Below, one piece after another: positions 25,771 to 39,219 of a stretch of 64,000 bases of DNA. How positions within the stretch are numbered: position 1 is the first letter of the stretch; each line of letters starts with the position of its first letter. Both the position numbers and the translations under genes were made by a program. The notes under the pieces were generated by a model, which saw nothing but the letters and a program-made list of their open reading frames with translations, did no database searches and was not told the DNA's origin. Origin of the DNA: Eledone cirrhosa (taxonomy: Eukaryota). The stretch is taken from NCBI GenBank assembly GCA_964016885.1, contig OZ024742.1, positions 60,822,001-60,886,000 on the forward strand. The letters run 5' to 3'.

Positions 25771-27040
25771 ACGTGCCAAGAATGACATGTTCAGCTTCCA
25801 GTAACCACGTCCTAACTTGTGTGTCTTGTCTGGGTCGACCGTGCAGATCACAAATTTGTGATCTGAATAGGCGACCGTTTGAAAATGCGGATAACCTATA
25901 CTATCCATATCTACTGACTAACAAAAAAAAACTATCTATATACGATCTACATGACGCTATGTGGTTGATCCAGGTCCACATTAGTGCATTAGAGATTTCT
26001 AGTCGGTAACTGCCAGACAGTTGGAACTGGCTGATTAGGTACTTAAGGTGTTTACCCCAACCTCCTCCTATCAGCTTCTCCAACACAATCCCAGTGATAT
26101 TCTAAGATGCTGCTCTAGTATGCCATTAACAGTAATGGGCGAGACATTCCCAGAAATTCTTCCCCGTGCCTAACAGCATTTGGCCTTCCGGCCCCAGCCG
26201 GAGCATAGATGGCCACCAGTCTAAAGGCACCACCTTCACTATTGCTTATGTCCCGTACCAAAAATATACCGTCCGGATCAAGGAAGATCGACCTTTCTTC
26301 GAGATCCAGGCCGTTCCTAAACAGCACTGCCACCCCACCTCTCATTCCCGGTCAATAAAGAGATCCGAAGATATGTTAGTCGTCAAAAATGGGGCCTAGT
26401 ACGTACGTGTCGGAAACCCGTGTCTCGCTGTCGATAGTCGCATCCATGTCTAGTGAGTGACCTGAGGTCGTTCAGATATCGACCCTGCTTCCAAAACCAC
26501 CCCAAGTCACGAATACTAAAGCATTCCTCTCTTAAGATGGCAATGTAGGATGGTTAAGTAAGAGAGGAAAGAGTTACTTACTTCCCTGGGGCTTGTGAAG
26601 GTCAGGTCGTTTGACTTCCCTATTTGGTGAGGTTTCCTTTGGGAACCTACTTAAAAGCCTATTTGAGACTTTCACACAGGGGGTTTCCATCGAGGCTTTC
26701 ACATCGTCGGAGAAGCTCTAATATTTGTATCAGTGTTTACTGGCATCCACACGATCAGCATTATTCTGGGGACTTTGAAGGTGAGGAGCTAATAATTTCT
26801 CCCTCTTTCTCAATATCTTGACTTCATGATACAAGGGCCATTCGTTTGTGTTTTCCCTTCTTAGTAATACGAAGTTGGGTGTTTTCGTCGTTGTTAATGC
26901 CTGAATGTGGTTCCTTTGTGGAGCATGAGTTGTGGTTGTGTCTTTGTTGTTAGTGGTGGTTGCGTTTTGTTGGCGGTTGTGGTGCTGATTGCATGACGCT
27001 GTTGGAGAAGCACTGGGAAATTGCTGTTTGACAGAAGTGG
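25771..27040 (-). pseudogene. Older Tx1-clade LINE fragment (ORF1 3' end + APE endonuclease)
   Basis: GGVAVLFRNGLDL...IFLDPDG...FRLVAIYAPAGAGRP, SDHKFV, GYWKLN; homologous to 33147-33930. Confidence 0.85.
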
Positions 27041-27059
27041 AATTTGAAGCTATCAAAAG

Positions 27060-28585
27060 ACGGGTGTCAGAAAACAGCAGTGAAAGAAATAGTGAAGATG
27101 AAGGTATTACTAAGGAAACTGAAACTACATCAGAGAACAGGGAGGGAATAGATATGTGTTAACCCAACAGAAACAGGGTAGAGATGGTCTGATTGGTGAG
27201 ATAAATGTAGATGGTAAGGAAGAGAATGAAACTAATTGAAACATGACAGGTGAACAGAAGGCAATGTACGACAGAATAAAGGCCAGCTTACAAAAGGACA
27301 ATATGAATCATATTTGCAACCTAAAGAAGGTTGACCAATGCAAGCTGAACGAAGAAACATATAAGGTGAATGAAGTTCTGAAATACAACAAAAACAATAA
27401 CCTCACAGAAACAAATGACTTGGTAAAGTCAGCAAGAAATGTTGTAGCAGAAAATATGGATGTAGATGTCAAGGCAAAGAAAAACAATAAGGAAAACCAA
27501 AAAACTGAGCTATGGTGGAAAAGGAGAATACAAGCCAGTATAGACAGCCTCTTGAAGAACATTTGTCTTAGTCGGGAAAGAGAAGGGGCTGCTTAGAAAT
27601 GAAAAAGAATATATACAGAGCACTGGAAAGAAAGTATGAAACTGAAAGAAAAGGCCACAAAGTAGTAATGGAGGAACTCAAGCAACGTCTCATAACAAAA
27701 TAAAAAAACAAAACAAAACAAATATAGATGCGAACAAAGAATAAAGCAATATCCGTATAATAGACTAAAAGAGATTTTACCAGGAAATAGATAGAGAGTG
27801 TCCAGATGAAACGATTATAACGGTTAACATTGAAAGTCAAAACGTTTAGAGCGACATTTGGAGCAAAGAGAAGGAGCACAAGTAGGACGCTGGTTAGAAG
27901 AACTTAAACAAACAGTTTGCCCACAACAGGTAGAACTAGTCATTTCAGCTAGGGAGGGACATAAAGGAAGCCAGAGAAAGGATGAGCAACAGGAGGTCTC
28001 CGGAACTATATGAATTTGAACTCTACTGGATATGGGGCTACTGGATTTAGACCGAAAGACAAGAAAAATACTGACTAGATATGAGGTATTTCATGAAAAG
28101 AACGACGGAGAAAGATTATATGTACCAAGAAAAAGAGGTAGAAGAGGACTGAGGGGTGCACAGACATTAAAACAGAAGAAAATAAGATGACTTGGTACAT
28201 AAACAATTCAACAGAACAGCTATTGCTGGAAGTAAGAAGGTCAGGGCTGTGCAAAGTAGAAGATTGCAAAGAAAGAACACAATACAAGCATTTGAAGAAG
28301 GATGAAACTGAAAGTAGATGGACAGAAAAAGGAATGTATGGATCATTCCATAGAGATGTTGAAGATAGGACAGAGAAAAACTGTAGTTATGGATGGCTGA
28401 AAGTGATCTAAAGGCGGAAACAGAAGCCTTAATCTGTGCTTCTCAAGAACAAGCACTAATAACTAACTACATGAAGCAGAGAATACAGCAGAAAGTGATA
28501 AGTGTAGAATTTATTAAGAACAGCTAACACTGTAAAACATCTCCAGCGCTAGAAGCTGAGCGAAGGAACAATAATAATTATAAGA
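27060..28585 (+). pseudogene. Deleted/decayed R4-Dong clade LINE
   Basis: NLTETNDLV, WWKRRIQ, KGMYGSFHR, LKAETEALICASQEQAL motifs; ends in aataataat. Confidence 0.7.
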
Positions 28586-28671
28586 AGTAGGAACGAGTCA
28601 TAAATACAGCAACATTATGTTTATTCAGGGGTGAGGCGCATTTCGAGATCGATCAGCTCGAATCACAATCG

Positions 28672-28705
<34 letters not shown>

Positions 28706-28707
<2 letters not shown>

Positions 28708-29040
28708 GTATGGTTGCATGAAAAATGCGACCGAGGGTGGTATGCCGGTTGAGCGCTCGATGCTCGGGCAGAGCAGGCTATACTACGCTTAGGATAAGGA
28801 ACAAGGATTCAGTATTGCATCATAACATATTTAATAAAATATTACATATATTTCACTGTCTCCGATTCTTCGGAATCGGATACGAATGCATATACTAAGC
28901 ATATCTGACAACCTTTCAATTACAGAGTCAGGTTCGATCTATAATAGGTCTTGACTCGAGCTCATCTATAGTGAAACATATGTATTATGTTATTAAATAT
29001 GTTATGATGCAACACAGAATCCTTGTTCCTTATCCTTAGA

Positions 29041-29041
<1 letters not shown>
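28706..29041. mobile_element. Fold-back insert family I
   Basis: Arms ~28792-28858 / 28970-29037 (aggataaggaacaaggattc...), left tail, (TA)n both sides. Confidence 0.75.
28900..28989 (+). ncRNA. Degenerate hammerhead with 61-nt stem II
   Basis: catat CTGACAA ...gagtcagg/cttgactc... GAAA catatg TA ttatg; G8 lost (CpG-type change). Confidence 0.5.
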
Positions 29042-29075
<34 letters not shown>

Positions 29076-29194
29076 AGTCTAATGAGCTGTCGATTCCAGT
29101 GTTGTTCGCGATCGATACCGATCGTACCTTGAACTAATCGATCGTGAAACACACATTACAAATGAGTAAATTTAATGGTGACATATTGAGACCT

Positions 29195-30849
29195 CATTAT
29201 TGTTCTTTGAGTCTCAGTCATTGAGGTTATTTAAATGGAATGTTTGTTGAAATGAATATCAAGCCGCTACCTGCAGCCTCAGATATTCAGGACGTATCGG
29301 AGGGTTCTTACTGTTCCAGCAAGCATGCCTTTTGAAGAGTTCCAGAAAGCGGGGCTGGACTAATCTTCTTTAACCATCCTTGGAAACTCTTTGAGATAGT
29401 ACCTAGTGCGCCTATGACAATCGGGACGACCTTGACTTCATGGCAGTTCCAAATTCTTTAAAACTCCCACTTTATGTCCTGGTATCGGTTAATTTTCTCC
29501 TACTTTTCTTGCACTCTCGTGTCAAATGAGCAGGCTACATCTACAATCAGGCACGATCTTTTTTCCTTGTCCAAAACTAACACGTCAGGCCTATTGTGTT
29601 CTAATTTCTTGTCCGTCTGCATCCTAAAATCCCATAGCACCTTCACCTGATCGTTTTCTATCACCGACTCTGGCCTATGCTCATACCACTTCTCAGAATG
29701 TGGTAAATTGTTTACTTTGAATAGATGCCAGTGGATCACCCTGCCTATCACGTCATGTCTCCAGCCTTTATAGTGAGTCTGGGCTAGGTGTTTACACTCG
29801 GATACAATGTGAGCCACAGTCTCTTCTCTCTCTCCACATATCATACACAGTGGGCTAGCCTCCTCCTTGTAAATATGGTGTTTCACCCACTTCGTTCTGA
29901 GGGCCTGCTCTTGCGCAGCCATTAGCATCCCTTCTGTAGCCTTTTTTAACCAGTTCCATGTCTGTGGATCTCTAAATTCAGTTTTCTTAAAGAAGGTACT
30001 ATGAAGGGATTTTTCATGAAGGTTGCTCTTCCTCCTTGTTGTTATTTCCTCCTTGGACATCCCCTGGTCTATTGTCTTCCCCTTCAGTACAATTTTGAGC
30101 ATTGGCTCCCTACTGTCAGTCACGTATTTGTGCAGGTTGTTTTTCTCCATCTAAACACAGTCCTCTATGCTGATAAGACCTCTTCTACCTTCAGATATAT
30201 TTAACTAGAGTCTATCGAGATCACTCCTCTTGTGGAACATGTTGTAGTTAGTCAATAGCTTCCTAGTCTTCCTATCCATTTCTTGTTGTTCCACAACATT
30301 CCATTTCAGAATTCCTGCACTGTACCTAATAATAGACACAGCTCGGGAATTCACTGCACTTATGACATTCCTACTAGTTAGATGTGATTTTAATACGCTC
30401 TTTGCTCTGCTTATGTACTCACATCTTATCAATTCCTTCATTTTTTTGTTCTTGATGTCATCTGCCTCCAGAACACCTAATTATTTGTGTCCTTCTTCAG
30501 TGTCAATTTCCTTTATCATTTCACCTGTTGGTACCTGGATTCCGTTGCTTCTGCTCAGTTTACCGTTCTTCGTCACTAGGACTCCACACTTAGTAATACC
30601 AAATTCCATATATATATCATTGCTGAAAATACGGACAGTGTCAACAAGTACATCCAACTCCTTCTCACGCTTCCCAAAGAGTTTAAGATCGTCCATGAAG
30701 AGGAGGTGGTTGATGGTAAGCTCTCCCTTTTCCAACTAGTATCCTGCTCTCACTTTTCTCAATATAATGGTCAGGGGTGTCAGGGCAAGGACAAACAGCA
30801 GAGGGGACAAATTATCTCCCTGGAAGATACTTCTCTTGATCTTCACGCC

Positions 30850-30850
<1 letters not shown>
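29195..30850 (-). mobile_element. 5'-truncated R4/Dong-clade non-LTR retrotransposon (RT + CCHC + restriction-like endonuclease)
   Basis: FQGDNLSPLLF, HLLFMDDLKLF, CMICGEREETVAHIVSEC, RHD, KWYEH.P, LWDF, RPDVLVLD..IVDVA; 5' end abuts (TAA)n. Confidence 0.9.

Positions 30851-30901
<51 letters not shown>
30851..30901. repeat. (ATT)17 microsatellite
   Basis: Direct reading. Confidence 0.95.
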
Positions 30902-31111
30902 GGCGACCTACGTAGTAAATCGTATCATCGTGAGCTCCGCAAAGGTTTGTTATTTCCGTTTGTTAAAAATTGCCATTTATGGAAAATTTTTATTGTTAAC
31001 TATATATAAGCGCACATACATTGTTTTCCGAAAAGGACACCCAAAAAGATTGGGGCCTTATGCCCAAAATTTAAACTTTTATGATTATCAGAAAATTTCT
31101 TTGAAAAAAAA

Positions 31112-33112
31112 ATGGCTAATTCACCACTGCACCAATCAGCTGAAAGCCTTTCTCACAGATTAACACCTCACACCGACACCACCATTGTAAATATTACTAC
31201 GTTTGCCAACACAAACAATTTAAGCACTAGCAATATTTTAAATTTGTCTCAGGCAGACATTCATTTCCCGCCATTACGAATGACTGCAGGTGTTAAAGCC
31301 GCCACCACCACCACCACTGCGAGAACCACCACCACCACCACCACCACCGCGACAACAGAAACAAAAGGAAAAAATAAATCAACACGTGATGTCGAAATAT
31401 TTTCAACCAAAATGGACTCTCCCAAACCGAACTTCACTGACGTCACCACCACCACAACTGAAACTAAAATTAATAATAACAAAAATAACGATAGCAACAA
31501 CAACAACAATGACATTAAAAAAACCACCCTGAGTTTTGCCAGAGTAGCAAAACAGTGCGAAGCATTTACGGTAACTCAGGAGGAATTAGAAAATGCCAAA
31601 CAAATGGTAAAGAAAGATGGGTACAGGGTCAGCCTCACCCCCCACCCCCCCACACACACATAATAAAAAGGAGCATCGGCGCCTATGCACCGTGTCGTAT
31701 CGAACAATAAATGTAAAATCGCGCCGAGTGGAACGGGCATCCGAGTCCCAAATCCAAAAAGCTTTGGGACATGTGTGGGCAAGAGAAACCCACATCAGAC
31801 GTGGGCAGAAGTATGGAACCGTGGACGTGTTCTTTGAAACACCAGAGGAGGCTAGAGAACACTCCATGGCCCCATTAAGAAGTGACGACTTCACACTCGT
31901 CCCAAGCTATTGTGGCCAGAGACTCGTAAAGATCAGGGTGACCCACGTTCCACCGGCCAACGAAATTCCCTGGCTAATAGCGGCCGTCCTCGCCGGCATC
32001 GAAGCCAACACAAAGTTAATAGCAATAGCAAAAGAAAAGCAGGAGAACTGGTCCGGATCTGGGATGGAGCTCCTGATCCAAGCGGACCAAAAAAGCATTG
32101 AGGAGATCCCAGAGGTAATAGACCTCACTGACGGCAGCCACCTCACCGTAATTGTCGAGGGCAGAAGGCCTAGGTGTGTCGTTTGTGGTGAATGAACCCA
32201 CCTAAGGGCTTTCTGCCCTCAGGCTAAAAGGTAGAGGCCACCTCTCCTACCCACCCCAGTGACACAACCATCAACACCACCAGTAGCAGAGATGGCAGCA
32301 ACAACTGTAGCAGCAACAACAGAAGCAACTATAACAGCAACAACCCCAGCAACAGTAGCAAAACCAACACTACCACCACCAGCAAAACCAACACCACCAC
32401 CACCCAACGCTTCAGAACTAGCACCAGCGCCTACACCATCCACTACGCCACAACCAAAACTAACGCCTGTGGAGGATTTTCCACTCCCCGGCCTATCACA
32501 ACTGTAGACAGATTGTGACGACGAGGAGTGGGAAACGGTATCAGGGAAAAAAAAGAAACCAAAAAAGAAAAAAATTCTCTTCCTTCTCCCTCCAAAAACA
32601 AAATACAGAGGGAAGCAAATAAATTAACAAACCAAACAGTTAGGACAGATATGCCACCATCCACACCAGCATCACCAACCCCATCGACCCAAACACCAAC
32701 ACCATCACCATCATTAACCCCAACACCACCATCACCTACATCACAAAAGTCACCAAAATGCGAAACAGAAATAAACCCACAACAAACGCAAACAAAACAA
32801 AACAACCAAAACGATACACACTACACAGCATTAAATTTGAACAACAAGCAATAATTACACTACATTCAAGATAACACCAGCATCAGAGAAAAAGACTACA
32901 CAACAACCCAAAAATTCACACCACCTCCACACATACAAATCACTCGCATCACACAGAAAACGTACATGACACTAAAACAAAAATTCCCCAAAGACATCGG
33001 AGACTTCCGACAAGCACTCTCCATGAGGATTTATAAGGACATCCTTCCTGAGGAGGCCACAAGCAGTGAAAAGGATGGAAAAACCGTCCTTCCTCTACGA
33101 GAAGTAAGGTAA
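31112..33112 (+). pseudogene. Tx1 ORF1 (zinc knuckle, Pro/Thr-rich), disrupted
   Basis: MANSP...; frameshift ~31650; knuckle CVVCGE*THLRAFC; ends gta agg taa. Confidence 0.8.
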
Positions 33113-33146
33113 GTGGTCTTTCCCATCTTTTCCACTCCTTTTCAAC

Positions 33147-36100
33147 ATGACCTCACTCAAAATAGGCAGCTTAAATGCGCGTGGCTTGGGGTCGTCATGG
33201 AAGCAGGGCCACATGCTCAACGACCTCAGGTCAATAAACATAGATGTAGTGGCCATCAGCGAGACCAGAATCTCCGAAGCACGGGCCTTCGCACCGATCT
33301 TAGGCGGCTACGATGTGTACGCATCTCCCAGCCGTCCGGGATCGGGGGGAGGAGTTGCTGTGCTTTTTCGGAGAGGTTTGGATCTTGCCATACGGGCCAT
33401 CTTCCTGGACCCAGAAGGTAAGTTGGTGGTGCTGGACGTGACCAGCGGAGACGGGCAAGCTTTCAGGTTAGTGGCCGTCTATGCCCCGACAGGAGCAGGG
33501 CGGCCTGATTTCTTCCGGCGTCTAGAGACCTTTCTTGGAACGTCCCGCTCTTTAGTGTTAGTGGGCGACTGGAACGGGATCTTAGATGCACGCTGGGATT
33601 GTGTGGGATTAGTGGATAAGGAAGGAGGGTGCAAGTGTCTCACCAACCTGCTCAGGCGTTTTGAACTGTCTGACAGGTACCGAATGGATTTCCCGAATGG
33701 ATTTCCCGAATGTACCAGTGTGGACTTGGACAAATCGCATAGGGTCATCCAGATCATATCTAGATAGAGTATTTTGTAGGGAAATAGATAGGTCTAGCAT
33801 AGGCTGTCTACAATTCAAGATAGTCACCTACAAGGACCACAAATTCGTGATCTGTGTGCTTGACTTAGATAGGCTTCATAGACGAGGACCCGGCTACTGG
33901 AAGCTAAACGCGTGCTTACCAGCGCGCAAGGCCTCCAGAGACCGGATTAGCGAACTAGTTAAGCGGGCGTTGACGGGGGCCATCGTCAACAACAAGTGGT
34001 GGTTTACTCTGAAAAGAGCAATTAGAATAGAATCGATTAGGTTTAGTAAGGCTTTAGCAATAGAGAAAAATAGAGCAGAGGGAGAACTAGTTAGAAAATT
34101 AGACGAGGCGCTTAGCAAAGGCATTGCGACCGACGTGCTTGCGGCGAAATTGGCCCTTGACCAATTCTTCAATGCAAAGCACGAAGGCTGCGTTGTCAGA
34201 GCTAGGGTGCGTGCTCTCAGGCACGAGGGGACGAAAGCCGTTCAATGGGCCCGAGTGGCGGAGGCGCGTCGTGGCAACAAAGCCACGATCTGGTCTTTGG
34301 TGGACCACGACGGGCGCATGCTACTCGATCCCGGGCAAATGTGTGAAGCTTTTCAGCGACACTTCGCTCAACTGTTCGGGGGCTGTGGGGAACCAGATCG
34401 AGGGATGGAATTTAGTGTCTACCTCGACGGACTGCCGTGGCTTTCGGCCACTGAGGGGGAGTGTTGCGAAAAGCCGATAACAACCGCTGAAGTACGGGAG
34501 GCAATGACTGGCTGCACAAGGGGTAAATCGCCTGGTTTGGATGGTCTGCCCTATGAACTTTACGTACAAATGCCAGACTTGTTCGGAGGCCTCTTGGCGG
34601 ACGTCTACTGCAACTGGTAACAGAACGTGAGAATTCCCAGCTCTGTGAGCCGAGAGCGGTGGCGCGGCTGAGAAAGGATCCGAACAAGGGGGATAACATA
34701 GATAATTTTAGGCCCATAATTCTGCTAAACACAGAGTTCAAGATTTTGGCCAAGGTGCTAGCAAAGAGGTTGGCGCTTGTCGTTGGTGGTCTGGTGGCGG
34801 AGGTACAGACATGCGCCATTCCCGACAGATCCATCCACGACAACCTCCAGCTCATGCGATACGTCGTAGAGAGGGTAGCTAGGGAACCTGGCACGGGTGG
34901 GTCTTTGATCAATTTAGATCAGTCGAAAGCCTTCGATAAGGTCGACCATCGTTACCTAGCGGCAGTCCTGAGGGCGGCTGGCTTTGGGCCCGTCTTAAGA
35001 GGCTGGATCGCTGCCATGCACAGCGACATCTGCACTGTAGTGAGAGTGAACGGTCACCTTTCGGAAACGTTCAACATCATGCGCTCGGTCCGCCAAGGAT
35101 GTCCCCTCTCGTCCCTATTGTACGTATTGACTCTCAAGCCGTTACTGCACAAACTGGAGACGTTGAGGGGGGTCCCGCGCGAACTAGGATGCGGAAGATC
35201 CGTGTCAGCATATGCGGACGATGTCACCGTAGTGGTGTCGAACGCCAAACCCATCGAGGCGATCGGCACTACACTAAGAGAATACGAAGCGGTGACAGGA
35301 GCAATGATCAACCAGGAAAAGTCAGTAGGCCTGCAGCTCGGCACCTGGAGAGGCAGGTCCATGCCGTCCGACAGCGTCGTCGGGCGCTGGACGGACGGAC
35401 CGGTTAAATTGCAAGGGGTCTGGTTCGGTCCAGACCTCCAGACGGACAAAAACTGGGACGAGGTGACGAGCAGGGTGGCTTCTCTCACCCAGAAATGGGC
35501 CGAGAGGAGGCTATCCCTGAAAGGTCGAGCGGAGGTGGCTAACGCGTACATCGCGTCTGACATCTACTACCGCCTGACCGCCGTACCTTGTCCTAAGCCC
35601 CTCCTGACTGCGCTGGAGCGTTTGCTCTTTCGCCTCTTGTGGAAGAGACGCGCTCCGATGGTCAGGCGGTCCATCTGCTGTCAACACCCGCTACGTGGAG
35701 AGCTGGGCATGCCGTGGCTGATGATGCGCAGACATGCGCTCAGGCTACGACATCTAAACCTCTTCCTCGACGGTGATCAGGTGTGGTTGCCGTTTGCTCG
35801 ACACGTTTTTGCCCAGCTCGTCTCCTTGACGGAGCTGCAGTCCTGGGTCAAGCGAAGACCGAGAGGGAGCGCTTGCAGACTGGAATGTCTTCAGGCGCTC
35901 ACAGCCCTCGACCAATCGGGCAATGTGATCGGTGGAAACTCCACCTTGGCGTTCTATATGGGGATTAGTGGAGGGGAAGAGCGACGACGTACTTGGAGAA
36001 ACTCTAGGCGTCGACGAAGATCAACTAGCCAATCTCTTCGGAAGGACTTTCGGGCTGGGGCTTATGGACAACTTCCAAAAATCCCTGGCCTGGCAGTGCT

Positions 36101-36579
36101 ACCGGGGTGCTTTGCCAGTTCGGGATAAACTCTACAGGCATGGAGGTGCCGTCAGCCGGGCATGTCCGAGAAGCGCACAGGGCGACGAAACCGTCCTGCA
36201 CGCACTCGTCCAGTGTCCGAGCATTGCTGACTTGTGGATTTATGTCGAACACCTGCTATCACGTGTAGGACGGATCCAGCTATCAGCTGAGTCCATCGTG
36301 AGGATTGCCCCGCCCTCCTTCTTTAGCCGGGAAGGGCAGGCAGTTTTTATCTGTCTGGTGGCCATGGCGAAAGAGATAGTATGGTGGACACATTTGAAAG
36401 GGCTGAAGACGAGCACTTACCTCTTCGGTGATGCTCTGATTGACTTTTTCAAATTTCATTTGAAAAGGAAAATCAGAGGAGAGAGGGAAGTGCTCTCTTC
36501 CCAGCATTTTGTTGAAAGATGGGTGAGAGAAGCAAGAATGGCCCGAGTGAATGGGCCTACTCTGAGTATATATCTGTAA
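33147..36579 (+). pseudogene. Tx1 ORF2 (APE endonuclease, reverse transcriptase, CCHC), disrupted
   Basis: SLNARGL, SETR, GDWN, LDR, KSPGLDG, FRPI.LLN, LDQSKAFD, RQGCPLS, YADD, ETVLHALVQC; 13-bp duplication frameshift ~33700, stop at 34618. Confidence 0.92.
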
Positions 36580-36836
36580 ATTAAAGGTGGAAAACTGGGA
36601 GAGGGCACTTGCCTTGGTGGTCAGGGTCATTGTGGCCTTTTACTGGGCTTTCTCCACAAATGTCCCTCCGAAGTCTCCCCCCTATTGGGGAATTTTTTAT
36701 TGTTATTTTTTTGTTACATCCTCTGTTTTTGTTTTTACACGCAGAAATGCCCATTTGTACCGTCCTGTATTGTCCTGTACACTCCTTAATGTCTACTTTA
36801 TGTAAACCCTTGTGGTTAATAAAGAAAAAAAAAAAA

Positions 36837-36837
<1 letters not shown>

Positions 36838-36870
<33 letters not shown>
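36838..36870. repeat. (ATT)11 spacer between the two Tx1 copies
   Basis: Direct reading. Confidence 0.95.
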
Positions 36871-37086
36871 GAATGCTATGGTTGACGGAGGCTCGGATCT
36901 GTAAGGTACTGTAAATTTTGAACGCTTTAACAATTGTAAATTGTTTAAAACTTAGACCAACTTGTAGACAAAAACACCCTCCTCCTCGTGAGAGGGGTCT
37001 TTCTGCCCGTTATTTGGCCCTTCGGGGTTAAATAACTGCTTATTGGGGGTTTGTACCCAATATTTATTTTAAACAAAAAAAACAAC

Positions 37087-39184
37087 ATGGCTACGAAGAA
37101 TTTGCATAGGTCACTCCCACTCATTCCGTCTTCTTCTTCCTCAATCGTCACTACAGCAGAGAGAAGATTGTCTCTCTCCCTCACTTCTTTAAATGTGTCT
37201 CTCTCCCTCCCTTCTCTTTCGCAAGTGACGAAAGAAAAGAAAAGTCTCGTGCAAAGCATGCAAGGTTTCTCCACGACGACGACGACAGCGACGAAACAGG
37301 TGTGCGGGAAATACGAAAACCCAGTTCATTCGTCTGACGTCAGGAATAATAGCAGTAGCAGCCGTAATAACAACAGCAACAGTGACAATGAAAACAACAG
37401 TAGCAGCCGCAACAGCATCACCAGCAGCATAAACAACAACAGCATTATCAGCAGCAACACCAACAACAACCACAGCAACAGCGGCGAAGGCAGTACTCGT
37501 AGTACCTGCAGCAACAACAAAAGTAACAGCAGCTCTGACGACAACAGCAACAACAGCAGCAGAGAAAAACCAATCTCATTTGCAGGTATTGCGAAAAACT
37601 TGGAAACAATCCTCATAACAAATGAGGAATTAGAGGAAGCGAAGAAGATGGTGACAAAGAACGGACAACGAGCAATCTGCAAGGCAGCGGAAAAATTTTT
37701 CGAAACCCAAGAGCACTGTACGGTCACGTACCGTACAGTAAGTACAAAATCCCGTAGGGTGGAAAGAGCCACAGAGACCCAAATACAAAAAGCCTTGGGG
37801 TCTGTGTGGCAGCGGAAAACGCACATCACCCGAGGCAAAAAATATGCCACCATAGACGTACTTTTTGCCACACCCCAGGAGGCAAAGGCCCAATCCGTAG
37901 TGACCCTAAGGAGCGAGGAAATGGTGTTGGTGCCCTCCTACTGCGGGCAAAAAATTGTGAGGGTCAAACTGACCCACGTCCCCCCCCGGAATGGCCCCTT
38001 CTTGGCTGGCCGCGTCTGTCCTCGTCGGAATCGAGGACAAAACAACTGCACTGCAAGTACAGAAAAAAGTAAGAGAAGATTGGGTCGGCACCTCCATTGA
38101 GATGCTATTCCAAACCAACCAGGAGTGCATCGAAGCTATCCCGGATGTGATAGACTTCGATAACGGCACTCAACTGCCCATAAGTGTTGAGGGCAAACGC
38201 CCGAAATGCTTTCGCTGTGGATCGAAGACTCACCTCAGGGCCTTCTGCAACGAGAAGACCCTGAGAAAGGAGAAAACCCCCCTCCTTCCGAATCCGGCTC
38301 CACGGCTACCAGCAACAGGACAAGCGGCAACCAGGAAACATAGGTCCGTGACACCCATACCCACGCCACGGAAATCAAAAACAGCAGCAGTGGAAATATT
38401 AACAACAACAACAGCAATAACAAATGCAGCTGCAACAGAGACTCCAGTGCAAACATCACCAACAACAACAAGTGAAAGAGTGGAACTGGTACTCCTCCCC
38501 GACCTCACAGAATCAGACATGGAGTGTGAGGTGGGAGAGGGATGGCAAAAGGTCGTAAGAAGGCACAAACGCAGATGCAGCGCATCGTCGCCTTTGAAAA
38601 GGGAGGAAAGAAATGAGAAAAGGGTAAAGTCTACTGCAAAGAGACCCACAGCAGCAACACTACCAACACCATCACCACCCACACTAGCACCACCATCACC
38701 ACCGGCGACAACCCCACCGCCAACAACACCTTCAACACCACCACCACAAGCACCAACATCGCAAACACAACAACAAAACACACACACCCAGCAACAACGA
38801 CAAGAAAATAGCAGAACCACACCCCACCCCCAGAAAAACAAATGCACGGCAATAAATACACACAACAAGAAACTAATGAATTACATAATTGAACACACAG
38901 ACATTTCACAACAGGACTACATAATACCAGCACCAATCAAAACGCCAACTAACATAAGACTGCTAAAAATAGCACAGAATCAATACACAAACATTAAAAC
39001 GAAATTCCCCAACGCAGTTGGTGATTTCAGGGACCTAGGGGGAACCATCAATCGAAGAGTATATTCAAACATTCTCTTAGAAGAGCCGACGACCAGCCGA
39101 AGGGACGATTCAACGGTCCCTTCACCAGACGATCAAGAGAAAAGGGATGTAAAAACCATCCCTCCTCTACCAAAAGTACGGTAA
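37087..39184 (+). pseudogene. Tx1 ORF1 (zinc knuckle CFRCGSKTHLRAFC), one frameshift
   Basis: ORFs 37051-38100 and 37991-39184 joined by a frameshift in the C-run ~37980. Confidence 0.85.
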
Positions 39185-39219
39185 GTGGTCTTTCCCATCT
39201 TTTCCACTCTATTTTAAAC

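Larger units (their letters stand above)
30902..36837 (+). mobile_element. Full-length Tx1/L1-clade LINE, copy 1
   Basis: 5'UTR, ORF1, ORF2 (APE-RT-CCHC), 3'UTR with aataaa (36818) and A12 tail; (ATT)n on both sides. Confidence 0.92.

Noticed and set aside
32193-32195. TGA inside the Tx1 ORF1 zinc knuckle as selenocysteine
   Set aside because: Aligns with Lys in copy 2, not Cys; likely CGA to TGA decay.
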